A stretch of DNA of 38,779 nucleotides from a virus (lineage: Duplodnaviria; Caudoviricetes). The notes beneath the pieces are model-generated. The model was not told the origin of the DNA. It made no database searches and saw only the letters and a program-made list of their open reading frames with translations. Both the position numbers and the translations under genes were made by a program. The stretch spans positions 1 to 38,779 of IMG/VR virus record IMGVR_UViG_3300044513_003348; one strand, given 5' to 3'. Below are positions 1-8,597 of the stretch, piece by piece (within the stretch, counting starts at the first letter, position 1; each line of letters begins with the position of its first letter).

Positions 1-1042
1 TCTGCTGCCCACCTGTAAGTGCATTACCAGCAAGTTTACCTATATGTGTATTTGTAGAAGACTTTGCATTAATATTAATTCCATCAATGACTGCAGCACC
101 AGTACTGGTGAGAATACCAACATTTAGTTGCCCACTAACAGTTACATCACCAGAAAGAGAAGACCCATCAGATGTAGTTTGAATCTTAGTGACTCCAGCA
201 TAATTTAACTTAACCGATCCACCCTCAGTAAACTGAGCCATTGTTTGTCCGCCATCATATCTTCTGAGAAGAATCTCATCAGATTGGATGTATAAGTCTG
301 AAGCACCATTAGTGCTTTTATTTGTTAGATATGTATTAGAACCATCAAACGATATTGAAAAGTCCTCATTAGTTCCTAATGTAATGCCGTCTCCGTCTTT
401 GAAATTTAAAGTACCAGCAGAACTATCCCAATAAGCACGAGTTGCTCCATTGTGTTGGAAATCGATATCACCATCATCGCCAGTAAGTCCAGGACCAAAG
501 GTTGTTACACCAGAAACATTTACATTTTCAAATGTTGCTACTCCACCACTTACAATAAATCTTTTTGCTGTTACAATACCAGCCGCATAAATGTCCCCAG
601 AAGAACTAATTCCGACTCCATACTGACCACTAACAGTTGGATCATTTCCAATTTGAAGAGTGTATCTTGGATCGGTTGTTGCAATACCAACACTACCAGC
701 AGCATAGATTGATGTATATCCTAAACCAACATCAGTATCTACCCATTGTGAAGTTGGAATATTGGTTAATCCAGACCCATCACCATAAAGATATGATGCA
801 GTTACAACTCCAGCTGTTACTGTATCTCCACTAACTGTTACCTGATTGAAAGTAGATATTCCACTTACATAAAGATCTTTTGTTGTTACAAGACCACTGA
901 CCGTTGCTGTACCTTTAACATCTAATAACTGAGTTGGAACCGTGGTCCCGATTCCAACCAGTCCTAAAGGAGTTACTACAAAATTATCAGAATCAACCTG
1001 AACACCACTTCTAAAGTTAAATGATTTTCTGAAATTTGCCAT
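1..1042 (-). CDS. Virion fibre/structural protein, 5' part only (runs off the left edge)
   Basis: Not in the ORF track. ATG at 1042 reads MANFRKSFNFRSGVQVDSDNFVVTPLGLVGIGTTVP...GDGSGLTNIPTSQW, with VGIGTT and GDGSGLT motifs typical of cyanomyovirus fibre proteins. ATAAATA box at 1061-1067. I translated only the first ~100 codons by hand. Confidence 0.8.
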   Translation of the reverse strand, partial: MANFRKSFNFRSGVQVDSDNFVVTPLGLVGIGTTVPTQLLDVKGTATVSGLVTTKDLYVSGISTFNQVTVSGDTVTAGVVTASYLYGDGSGLTNIPTSQWVDTDVGLGYTSIYAAGSVGIATTDPRYTLQIGNDPTVSGQYGVGISSSGDIYAAGIVTAKRFIVSGGVATFENVNVSGVTTFGPGLTGDDGDIDFQHNGATRAYWDSSAGTLNFKDGDGITLGTNEDFSISFDGSNTYLTNKSTNGASDLYIQSDEILLRRYDGGQTMAQFTEGGSVKLNYAGVTKIQTTSDGSSLSGDVTVSGQLNVGILTSTGAAVIDGININAKSSTNTHIGKLAGNALTGGQQ

Positions 1043-1059
1043 TTTATATGGTTTTTAAG

Positions 1060-4000
1060 TTATTTATTCTCAAGGGATTCTATTCTTCCACGAAGTTCTC
1101 TAACTTCAACAGAAAGTTCCTTAATGGCTTCAACAAGTAAAGGTGTTAATTTTACGTAGTCAACAGCGTAATAACCATTGTCCCTTAAAATAACAGCCTC
1201 AGGTAAAACATTAAGAACTTCTTGAGCAATCACACCAACATCATTACCTTCTTTACCAGACTCCTCATTCCAGTCATATGTAACACCATTAATACCTAAA
1301 ACTCTGGAGAGTGGATCTTCAATTGGATTGATATTATCTTTAAATCTCTCGTCAGAAGTATAGAATGCAGTGATATCACCAGTTACATTTAGATCACCAT
1401 TAACTGTTGTGGAATCTGCAGACGTATCACCTAAAGTTGTGCTTCCATTAACGGTTAATGTTCCAGTAATTGAAGCATTGCCTGATACTGAAAGATTATC
1501 ATCAACAGTTACAGTTCCACCATCAGAATCGATCGTTAAATTACCAGTTGATGTATCGATTTCATTATCATTGGTAACACCAATTCTAATGTTATCAATC
1601 GTTGCACCACCATTTGCATCAAGGAGACTACTTATTGTAGTAATTCCGCTAATTGATACATTGTTATTAATGGTTGTTATTCCACTGACTATTAGATTTC
1701 CAGTGACTGTAGTATCTCCAGTGATTGAAGTGTCGCCAGTGATTGAAGCATCACCAGTGATTGCTGCATTTCCACCAACATTAATATTCTTTTCAACACC
1801 TAATCCACCATTGATTATGAATGCACCATTATCTTTGGTAGTTGATTGTGAAGTATTTGTAATTTCAACGATACCATTTGCTTTTATGTTACCCTTAACC
1901 AGCACATTATCATTAAATTTAACTTCCTTATTCAGAGTTACTGGACCATCAAATTCTGAAAGAACGGTACCAGAATTTCCACCCTCAACAAGAAGTCTTT
2001 CTTTAACAATAACTTCATCAAATACAACGCTTAATCTAGATGGATCTTGTCCAGTAACGGTTGGTACAGGAATCTTAAATGTTTTTTCCTGTCCAGTTGC
2101 CGAGTTTGTCTTCTTATTACCCAGATAGAAATCACCTCTACTGCTCATACCAGAGTAGAGAATACTACCACAAGAAGTTTCTTGAGATTGTACTAAGAAC
2201 TCTTCATCCTCATTCAATGTCTTGACTTGTACCTGGGGAAGTCCAGTAGAGTAGTTACCAGGACCATATCCAAGATATTCAAATGTATGACCAGAAGCTC
2301 TAAGAATAGTGGGTCTTCTGAATTCAATAGGAACTACATCAATCTTTCTTATTAGAGATCCATTATCATGTGTTGTTTTAGTTGTTCCTAATGCACCACG
2401 AACAACAGTGATTTCATCATTACCAGATCCACTTAAAGTGCTGCTGGTAATTCTCATAACCTCACTATCAATCTGGATGTATGATCCAAGTTCAAATCTC
2501 TTAGTTGTAGAAATACCAGAAACTGGGCTACTTACTCTAATTTGAGTATCACTTGTAAAAGATACAACCGTTAATGTCTCACCACTGTAGAAGAAAGTAT
2601 CTCTAACTCCAATATTTTCAATGCTAGAATCTGCAACAGCATCATTTGATGAAAGACCATGCTTCAGAACATAACTTGGAGAAACTGATGCATTTGTAAC
2701 AGCAGTAAATGTATTAACACCAACTCTGGTATTTACAATATAGTCTCCCAAATTATTATTACTAGAGTCAATAAGTCTAAACTTATTGCCCGAGAGTAAT
2801 CCATGTGGACCGGAACAATTAAATGTTGATATACCAGTATTGGTATTATAAGTTGAACTTACAACAGATACTGATGGACCAACAACAAAAGCATATTGAC
2901 CTGTTGTTATGGATGGATCACCAGCAGTTCTAGCGATTGCTACCTGAACAGCAGACTGAACCGAAGAAATTCTATAGTAATTATCTGAAGTTGTTCCTGC
3001 TCCAGTAAATTGTACTACATCACCAACATTAGTTGAGATACCAGATGTTGCTAAAGTAATCGTTGCATCTGCAGATCCACCAATAACACCAGAATCAACA
3101 TAAAGAGTTTCTCCATTTAAGTATCCAGATCCAGGAGCCTGAATGTTTAATCCAGTTACAGCTCCACCAGAAACAACAACTTTTGCTGTTGCACCATCCC
3201 ATGAAGAAAGAGAAACATTATTATACAACTTAACATTATAATAAGTTCCATTTGTATGACCAGATCCACCAGTTAATGAACTGTATGTTGTGATTCCTGA
3301 AAGACCATGACGCCTATCAAATGTAACTACGTTTGTTGTTGAAGTTTCTGCTACTGCACTTATGGATAATCCCTTTCCAAAGTCCTGTAAAAAGAGATCG
3401 GTAGTTTCTCTTGTGATTGAATTCTTTAGATCATTTGTTGATACTTCACCAAGAGGTGCTCTCTTTGCAAATGATTTGGCTGAAGGGGGGTTATCTTCGT
3501 TATTGTCTCTATCAAGTTGTGGATATAGATCAACAACATTCTGACTATATTTTGTATCTGTAAATTCGGTTGGTACAGCATTATTAGAATTGAGAATATA
3601 AAGATAGTAGACACCATCTTGAACGTTCTCAATATATGGACTGATTACCTCATTTCTATAGACAAAATAGTTTGATTTAAGATCATTTCTTTCAAATCTT
3701 GGTAGAGATATAGTTCTAGAACTAGTGTCGTTTGTAAAAGATCCTGTTGTATGTGTTGTACCATCAACATCAACAATAGAATGTGTAAAAGTCAGATCAT
3801 TTACAACAGAAGCAACTTCGAAAGTTCCATTAAATCCAATATTATCTGTTCCAGCAGTGTTAGATGTACTAGTTACATTCTTAACAATGATTTGATCCCC
3901 AACATTTAAATTATGGGGCAATTCTGAAATTACAGTTACTGTATTTACAGATGTGCTACATGTACTAATAAATCTTGGATTTCTATTATACTGGTGATCT

Positions 4001-6510
4001 GTAGAAGCAATGCTTGTTAAAGTAAAGTCTAGATTATTTCTTACTCCTGTTGTACTCGATTCTTGAACGATAAATCCCTCTACAGGATCTCTAGAGTTTG
4101 TAGCTTCCTTAGGAATAACTACTCTCAACTTATAAATCTTCTCATCTAAACTTCTTGTATCTGGAGATCTCTTTATGAAAGAAACTTCAGTTCTTTCTCC
4201 AATTCCAGCAACACCATTAGTTGCTAATGCTGTGTAGATATCTGAGTTTGAATCTGTATGTATAAACCAATTATTGTTGGTAGTATCAAATTGAATTGGC
4301 GATCCAACGTCTCCACTCTTTTTATCAGATACTATACTTATGATAGAGAGGTTAGTTCCACCATAAACCGTGAGTTCATTATCTAGAGCTGCGTTGTTAG
4401 CAGAACTCGCCAGTTTTATTTGTTTTCCAGTCAGACCAGAGTCTACTTCATTAGTAATTGCATAATATAGTGTTCTTTCATCCAGATTTTCTGGATAATC
4501 TGCATCATCACTTATAATTCTAACCTTTTCTCCATTTTTAAATTGGTGGTTGAAACTAGATGTAAATATATTTGATGCTAAACTATCAACGACAAACTCT
4601 TTTTTAGAACTATTTGTTCCTCCAGCATCAGTACCATTAAAGGTATCACACATGTAAATGTTTGCTGATGAAGTTCCTATTCCAATAAGATTTACATAAA
4701 GTTTATCTTTTTGTTTCGCACCTATTTTATAACCTTGAGTTATATCTGGTGGAACATCATCAATAGAGTCAAAACCATAAAGATATAATTGACTCGGTTT
4801 CCCGATAGAAGTTGTTAAACCAACATCAATTGATACCCAATCAATGTCATCCTCCGAAGACTGAATAGCTCTTGGAGATACAATAGAAGTTACGTAAGCG
4901 GTATCATCTTTAATAAAGGATTCTTTCTTAAATCCTTGGGATCTTAAAGAAAATTGTCCAAAGTTTGAGTTGGAGTTTGTAATTGACTGGTCACCACCAG
5001 ATTGTCCCTCAAAATGAACGGCAAATCCAACACCAAATACAGAAACTACCTGAATAAATGCATCATTAGAACATTTAATGTGTGCAGATTCCCAACCATT
5101 TCTGTAAATCGCATCAGAGTCTAAGTGATAGACTGTGCTTGGATTCGTGGAGGATGCTTCTGAGGTTAATGTTGCTCCAGTAACTTTAGATATACCAATT
5201 CCTTCATATGATCTTGAAGATTGATTATATTTTACAAATGCACGATCATCTTTTTGTAGAGAAACACCAGTGTATTGTGCGAGAACGACTGAACGGAATC
5301 CAGTTGCTTTCTTACCATCTGCATGGACTCCGTTCATACCATATACGGAACGGAGGGAGCAGTTAAAGATGTATGGTGAAGCACCCGAAACGGTATCAGT
5401 TTCAACAGTTACTGTTCCACCAGAAGCACTTGGATTAGCTGGTAAAGTAACTCTTACAAATGGAAGAAGATATGTAAACTGTGTGGGGCTTAGTACATTC
5501 TGAACTTTTGTTGAAATATTAAAGTCTTCTACTCTTAACCCATTAATTTTAATAGGTGTTTCTGAAGTTAAATTGTGTGCAGATGCAGTTGTTACCGTAA
5601 CAACTGTAGATGGTGTTATTCCATCTCCGGAAATAATACTAGAAATATTAACAGGATCTGATGCAAATGCTCCAACAATCTCATATTCAGGTCTCATGCT
5701 CTTGAAACCTAAAGAATCACTAGGATATTTCTGATCAATATCTCTACCAGATGCCAGATTAAAGGCATTTGATAACTTACTGTAATACATATCAAGATCA
5801 GTAAGATCATAACCAGAAGGAGTGTTTACTCCATCAGCATATTCAAATACTGTTAACTTGTGGTGAGAAAACAGTGGTGTTGATTGATTTAAAACAGAGA
5901 AGTCTGCAGGGTCTGTGTATACTAAATCTGTTTGATCTCCATCAAAGAAAGACATCTGCCAGAAATAGCAGGCACCAGTAATTCTAAAAATAGCAGATTT
6001 ATCAACAGCAGAATCTGTTGGGTTTGGAATATACTTTGGTCTAATCTTGGTCTTTCTAAGATCTAAACCAACGATTGATGTACCTCTTGGTACTACAACA
6101 CCACCATAGATACTATTAAACTTGTAGAGAATATTATCTTCTTGCGCTAAATCAAAAACAGAATTGCCGTCTAATGTAAGAGTTTCCGATGCTATTGTTT
6201 CTGATCCAGATGGGGAAATTGCCTTTGCTGTTCCAGAAACATTCTTGAGGGCAAATCCTGGACGGTTATCAATGGTATGAATACCTGGGAATAATAAAAT
6301 CGTTGTTTTTTCTACAAGATCATTATTGTTCCCTCTAACATATGAAAATCTAGCAGCCTCTAAAAGTGCTCTTTGAACTGTTTTAAAAGGTGATGCTAAT
6401 GAATTTCCCTGATTTGAGATTGAATCAGTTGAATCTATATCGTATGGATTTACATAAAGAATACGACCTTCAGTGTTTTTGATAAAATTATCTAACTTAT
6501 TAAGAGGCAT
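1060..6510 (-). CDS. Large virion structural/tail-fibre protein with C-terminal intramolecular chaperone (peptidase S74-type) domain
   Basis: 1816 aa. The N-terminus MPLNKLDNFIKNTEGRILYVNP...PFKTVQRALLEAARFSY is typical of cyanomyovirus structural proteins. The body is S/T/G-rich. The C-terminus SDERFKDNI...GVTYDW...GVIAQEV...AVDYVKLTPLLVEAIKEL plus a coiled coil matches the endosialidase-type autocleaving chaperone. Confidence 0.85.
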   Translation of the reverse strand: MPLNKLDNFIKNTEGRILYVNPYDIDSTDSISNQGNSLASPFKTVQRALLEAARFSYVRGNNNDLVEKTTILLFPGIHTIDNRPGFALKNVSGTAKAISPSGSETIASETLTLDGNSVFDLAQEDNILYKFNSIYGGVVVPRGTSIVGLDLRKTKIRPKYIPNPTDSAVDKSAIFRITGACYFWQMSFFDGDQTDLVYTDPADFSVLNQSTPLFSHHKLTVFEYADGVNTPSGYDLTDLDMYYSKLSNAFNLASGRDIDQKYPSDSLGFKSMRPEYEIVGAFASDPVNISSIISGDGITPSTVVTVTTASAHNLTSETPIKINGLRVEDFNISTKVQNVLSPTQFTYLLPFVRVTLPANPSASGGTVTVETDTVSGASPYIFNCSLRSVYGMNGVHADGKKATGFRSVVLAQYTGVSLQKDDRAFVKYNQSSRSYEGIGISKVTGATLTSEASSTNPSTVYHLDSDAIYRNGWESAHIKCSNDAFIQVVSVFGVGFAVHFEGQSGGDQSITNSNSNFGQFSLRSQGFKKESFIKDDTAYVTSIVSPRAIQSSEDDIDWVSIDVGLTTSIGKPSQLYLYGFDSIDDVPPDITQGYKIGAKQKDKLYVNLIGIGTSSANIYMCDTFNGTDAGGTNSSKKEFVVDSLASNIFTSSFNHQFKNGEKVRIISDDADYPENLDERTLYYAITNEVDSGLTGKQIKLASSANNAALDNELTVYGGTNLSIISIVSDKKSGDVGSPIQFDTTNNNWFIHTDSNSDIYTALATNGVAGIGERTEVSFIKRSPDTRSLDEKIYKLRVVIPKEATNSRDPVEGFIVQESSTTGVRNNLDFTLTSIASTDHQYNRNPRFISTCSTSVNTVTVISELPHNLNVGDQIIVKNVTSTSNTAGTDNIGFNGTFEVASVVNDLTFTHSIVDVDGTTHTTGSFTNDTSSRTISLPRFERNDLKSNYFVYRNEVISPYIENVQDGVYYLYILNSNNAVPTEFTDTKYSQNVVDLYPQLDRDNNEDNPPSAKSFAKRAPLGEVSTNDLKNSITRETTDLFLQDFGKGLSISAVAETSTTNVVTFDRRHGLSGITTYSSLTGGSGHTNGTYYNVKLYNNVSLSSWDGATAKVVVSGGAVTGLNIQAPGSGYLNGETLYVDSGVIGGSADATITLATSGISTNVGDVVQFTGAGTTSDNYYRISSVQSAVQVAIARTAGDPSITTGQYAFVVGPSVSVVSSTYNTNTGISTFNCSGPHGLLSGNKFRLIDSSNNNLGDYIVNTRVGVNTFTAVTNASVSPSYVLKHGLSSNDAVADSSIENIGVRDTFFYSGETLTVVSFTSDTQIRVSSPVSGISTTKRFELGSYIQIDSEVMRITSSTLSGSGNDEITVVRGALGTTKTTHDNGSLIRKIDVVPIEFRRPTILRASGHTFEYLGYGPGNYSTGLPQVQVKTLNEDEEFLVQSQETSCGSILYSGMSSRGDFYLGNKKTNSATGQEKTFKIPVPTVTGQDPSRLSVVFDEVIVKERLLVEGGNSGTVLSEFDGPVTLNKEVKFNDNVLVKGNIKANGIVEITNTSQSTTKDNGAFIINGGLGVEKNINVGGNAAITGDASITGDTSITGDTTVTGNLIVSGITTINNNVSISGITTISSLLDANGGATIDNIRIGVTNDNEIDTSTGNLTIDSDGGTVTVDDNLSVSGNASITGTLTVNGSTTLGDTSADSTTVNGDLNVTGDITAFYTSDERFKDNINPIEDPLSRVLGINGVTYDWNEESGKEGNDVGVIAQEVLNVLPEAVILRDNGYYAVDYVKLTPLLVEAIKELSVEVRELRGRIESLENK
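1061..1067 (-). promoter_or_regulatory. T4-type late promoter box ATAAATA
   Basis: Plus-strand tatttat about 19 nt upstream of the 1042 start, overlapping the stop of the upstream gene. Confidence 0.65.
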
Positions 6511-6542
6511 CGGACTGCAACGACCATGGGATTTCTATGTTT

Positions 6543-6549
6543 TATTTAT
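6543..6549 (-). promoter_or_regulatory. T4-type late promoter box ATAAATA
   Basis: Plus-strand tatttat about 33 nt upstream of the 6510 start. Confidence 0.65.
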
Positions 6550-6851
6550 CCCATCAAATCTTCCTCGTCATGATAATATTCCATTTCGTCAGGCATATCT
6601 TCAGGATTCTCTAATTCTATTGGAAACATGCAAGGATGAACTTCCTCATCTATCAAATAGAAAGAGCTTCTATATAAGTCTTCTGGTTCGTAGGATAGAT
6701 TCTTATCTGCCTCTTTACACAGATCATGATCATACAAATGTCCATCAGGTAATTCATCAAAGGTGAAAGGAACCTGATTGATAAAGTATATCTTCACTAT
6801 CATACTGCAGTTATCATACCAACAGTATGCAGTATCGATTCTATAAGACAT
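6546..6851 (-). CDS. Conserved cyanophage hypothetical protein (acidic)
   Basis: 101-aa ORF filling the gap, with ATAAATA at 6870-6876 upstream. Motifs AYCWY...YFINQVPFTFDELP resemble a recurrent cyanomyovirus hypothetical. Confidence 0.7.
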   Translation of the reverse strand: MSYRIDTAYCWYDNCSMIVKIYFINQVPFTFDELPDGHLYDHDLCKEADKNLSYEPEDLYRSSFYLIDEEVHPCMFPIELENPEDMPDEMEYYHDEEDLMG

Positions 6852-6869
6852 AGATTGTGGGTTTTGTTT

Positions 6870-6876
6870 TATTTAT
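6870..6876 (-). promoter_or_regulatory. T4-type late promoter box ATAAATA
   Basis: Plus-strand tatttat overlapping the pebS stop, about 19 nt upstream of the 6851 start. Confidence 0.6.
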
Positions 6877-7517
6877 TGTGGGGTGGAATATGGGAAAAGG
6901 AAGTCATTGACATATCTCTTAGCAATAAATTTATCAAATTTACTTTCCATATACCCACCAACAGGATCTAGATCGATCATATATTTGTCCAGATCTGAAT
7001 ACTTATGGGTATCATTACCATTTGGTTTTCGAGATTCTAGTAATTTTTTATAAACATCAACATATTTTTTAAAATTATCTAGATGTTCTGGTATTTCATC
7101 TCTTGTACATTTACGGACATAGATGTATCTTGAGAAATGATTGCCCGCTTGAAAGAATCTAATATCTTTCGAAGTATTATCTAACATCTCACCAAGATTA
7201 TCCCTCATAAAAGAATTATCCCAATCATAATTTGGTGTAGGGTGTTGAAAATCAAATACAATGATAACCTTCTTCTCAAAGAAACACATCAAATCCATAC
7301 CTAAACATGGAAGGTTCTGTCCTGTCTTTGGATATACAATATTGTTGTAGATATCAGTTTCTCCACCAACAATACCAGTCTCTCTTGATTTTAAAATATA
7401 TTCTCCACTATATTTTGCTGATCTCAAAACAATATTGTCTTTTCCAAATTTATAATTTGAAAAATCTTCAGTGAGATTGAGAGTGTTTATTAAGTAATTG
7501 GAGTAATCTGACCACAT
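6873..7517 (-). CDS. pebS: Phycoerythrobilin synthase (ferredoxin-dependent bilin reductase)
   Basis: Motifs DIYNNIVYPKTGQNLPCLGMDLM, KKVIIVFDFQHP, RFFQAGNHFS, YMIDLDPVGGYM and VNDFLFPY match cyanophage PebS as I recall it from P-SSM2. Confidence 0.9.
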   Translation of the reverse strand: MWSDYSNYLINTLNLTEDFSNYKFGKDNIVLRSAKYSGEYILKSRETGIVGGETDIYNNIVYPKTGQNLPCLGMDLMCFFEKKVIIVFDFQHPTPNYDWDNSFMRDNLGEMLDNTSKDIRFFQAGNHFSRYIYVRKCTRDEIPEHLDNFKKYVDVYKKLLESRKPNGNDTHKYSDLDKYMIDLDPVGGYMESKFDKFIAKRYVNDFLFPYSTPQ

Positions 7518-7534
7518 TGTTCCAATTTAAACAG

Positions 7535-7619
7535 TAGGACGAGGGGGAATCGAACCCCCACGGGCACAATGCCCAACAGATTTTAAGTCTGGTGCGTCTA
7601 CCTATTCCGCCACCGTCCC
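7535..7619 (-). tRNA. tRNA-Leu(UAA), intron-less, no encoded CCA
   Basis: GGGACGGTGGCGGAATAGGTAGACGCACCAGAC-T-TAA-AATCTG...long variable arm...GGTTCGATTCCC...CGTCCTA folds into a type II cloverleaf. Confidence 0.93.
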
Positions 7620-7624
7620 GTAGG

Positions 7625-7697
7625 TGCTCCTTGCGTGGATCGAACACGCCTCAGGCGAATTATGAGTTCGCTGCATTCACCAGATTGCTAAAGGAGC
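7625..7697 (-). tRNA. tRNA with CAU anticodon (elongator Met or lysidine-modified Ile2)
   Basis: GCTCCTT/AAGGAGC acceptor stem, GCGAA-CT-CAT-AA-TTCGC anticodon arm, TTCGA T-loop. Lacks the initiator features (no C1:A72 mismatch, no three G-C pairs). Confidence 0.9.
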
Positions 7698-7699
7698 AA

Positions 7700-7771
7700 T
7701 AGGAGTACTGGGAGTTGAACCCAGACTAACCCGTTATAAGCAGGCCGCTCTAACCATTAAGCTATACTCCC
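7700..7771 (-). tRNA. tRNA-Ile(UAU)
   Basis: GGGAGTA/TACTCCT acceptor stem, GCCTG-CT-TAT-AA-CGGGT anticodon arm, CTGGG-TTCAACT-CCCAG T-arm. Confidence 0.9.
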
Positions 7772-7780
7772 GCAGATGAA

Positions 7781-7954
7781 CTACGATGCTTCGTTATTGT
7801 TTTCCGTGTATATTCGGAAAAGTTCATCATCTGCTGGTATCATAACTGCTGCCTTGCCGTCTTCTCTTACAATTCCAATGTGCTCTCCGTTTTCTACACG
7901 TTCTAGGAGAGCATCAAAGTTTTCTTCCCACTCTTTCAAAGTAAAAACTTCCAT
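7781..7954 (-). CDS. Small Phd/YefM antitoxin-like protein (57 aa)
   Basis: Not in the ORF track (<60 aa): MEVFTLKEWEENFDALLERVENGEHIGIVREDGKAAVMIPADDELFRIYTENNNEAS. The pattern fits the Phd/YefM DNA-binding domain. ATAAATA at 7964-7970 lies just upstream. Confidence 0.65.
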   Translation of the reverse strand: MEVFTLKEWEENFDALLERVENGEHIGIVREDGKAAVMIPADDELFRIYTENNNEAS

Positions 7955-7963
7955 AGTTGTTGA

Positions 7964-7970
7964 TATTTAT
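7964..7970 (-). promoter_or_regulatory. T4-type late promoter box ATAAATA
   Basis: Plus-strand tatttat 10 nt upstream of the 7954 ATG, and upstream of the tRNA cluster. Confidence 0.55.
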
Positions 7971-8173
7971 CAGTATTCTTCGCCTTGAATTGCGAGGTCT
8001 GCATACTCAATCTGGTGGGGTTCCAGATTAGCAGTCACTACATCAAGGACATTCATAAATTCTTGAACGGTATCACAATTTACCATCTTTTCATTACCTT
8101 CATCACTCAGAAGGAGGAAGGAGCGAGTGCAGACATCAATGACGATGCCTTGGACGCATTCAGTGTTGCTCAT
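7970..8173 (-). CDS. Cyanophage hypothetical protein (67 aa)
   Basis: MSNTECVQGIVIDVCTRSFLLLSDEG.... Start moved from 8194 to 8173 because the 8194 ATG lies only 2 nt from the -10 box of the promoter at 8197-8225. Confidence 0.7.
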   Translation of the reverse strand: MSNTECVQGIVIDVCTRSFLLLSDEGNEKMVNCDTVQEFMNVLDVVTANLEPHQIEYADLAIQGEEY

Positions 8174-8196
8174 GGTGTTCCGTTGATTACCCATAT

Positions 8197-8225
8197 ATTA
8201 TAAGGGATTTTGGTCTGGGCGTCAA
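8197..8225 (-). promoter_or_regulatory. Sigma70-type early promoter TTGACG-N17-TATAAT
   Basis: -35 at 8225-8220, -10 at 8202-8197, exact 17-nt spacer, intergenic position. Confidence 0.85.
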
Positions 8226-8240
8226 GGGGTTCCGAGACCA

Positions 8241-8597
8241 TTAATAAATCTTTACCTCCCTGTACTGAGAATTGGTTCTCTCATTGATCTCTTTTTTTAT
8301 TCGAGATCTCTCATCGTTAGTGATATAAACACTACGCGCAAGTTCAATAAATTCATTATCAAACTCATGTAGTCTTTCTTTTTCTCTAATCTTGTCTTCT
8401 ATTTTCCAAAGTTTTTCATTTACTCCTTTGAGTTCTATTTCACAATCTAAAATATATTGAGTAATAGTACTCTTTATTTGATTTAACTCTTCCAATTCTT
8501 TTTTAATATACTCACTATCAGAAAATAATGACTTTATTTCAAGAATGGTGATCTTATCGATAAGATCACCAATAGACATTGGAACTTCAATCTTCAT
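8241..8597 (-). CDS. DUF6165-like helical protein
   Basis: PMSIGDLIDKITILEIK...VNEKLWKIEDKIR...EFIELARSVYITNDERSRIKKEIN...EVKIY pattern. Confidence 0.75.
   Translation of the reverse strand: MKIEVPMSIGDLIDKITILEIKSLFSDSEYIKKELEELNQIKSTITQYILDCEIELKGVNEKLWKIEDKIREKERLHEFDNEFIELARSVYITNDERSRIKKEINERTNSQYREVKIY

Noticed and set aside
1370-2128. 252-aa plus-strand ORF, and other small antisense ORFs across structural genes
   Set aside because: Codon-register antisense shadows of S/T/G/V-rich minus-strand genes with no recognisable motifs
7535-7619. Group I intron in tRNA-Leu(UAA), as in many cyanobacteria
   Set aside because: The anticodon loop is continuous and the gene is only 85 nt
8174-8194. 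Longer 74-aa version of the ORF starting at 8194
   Set aside because: That ATG lies 2 nt from the -10 box, upstream of the expected transcription start. ATG 8173 is more plausible.
7776-8203. Plus-strand ORFs 7776-7988 and 7985-8203
   Set aside because: They are antisense to two better-supported minus-strand ORFs that have promoters and match the direction of the tRNAs
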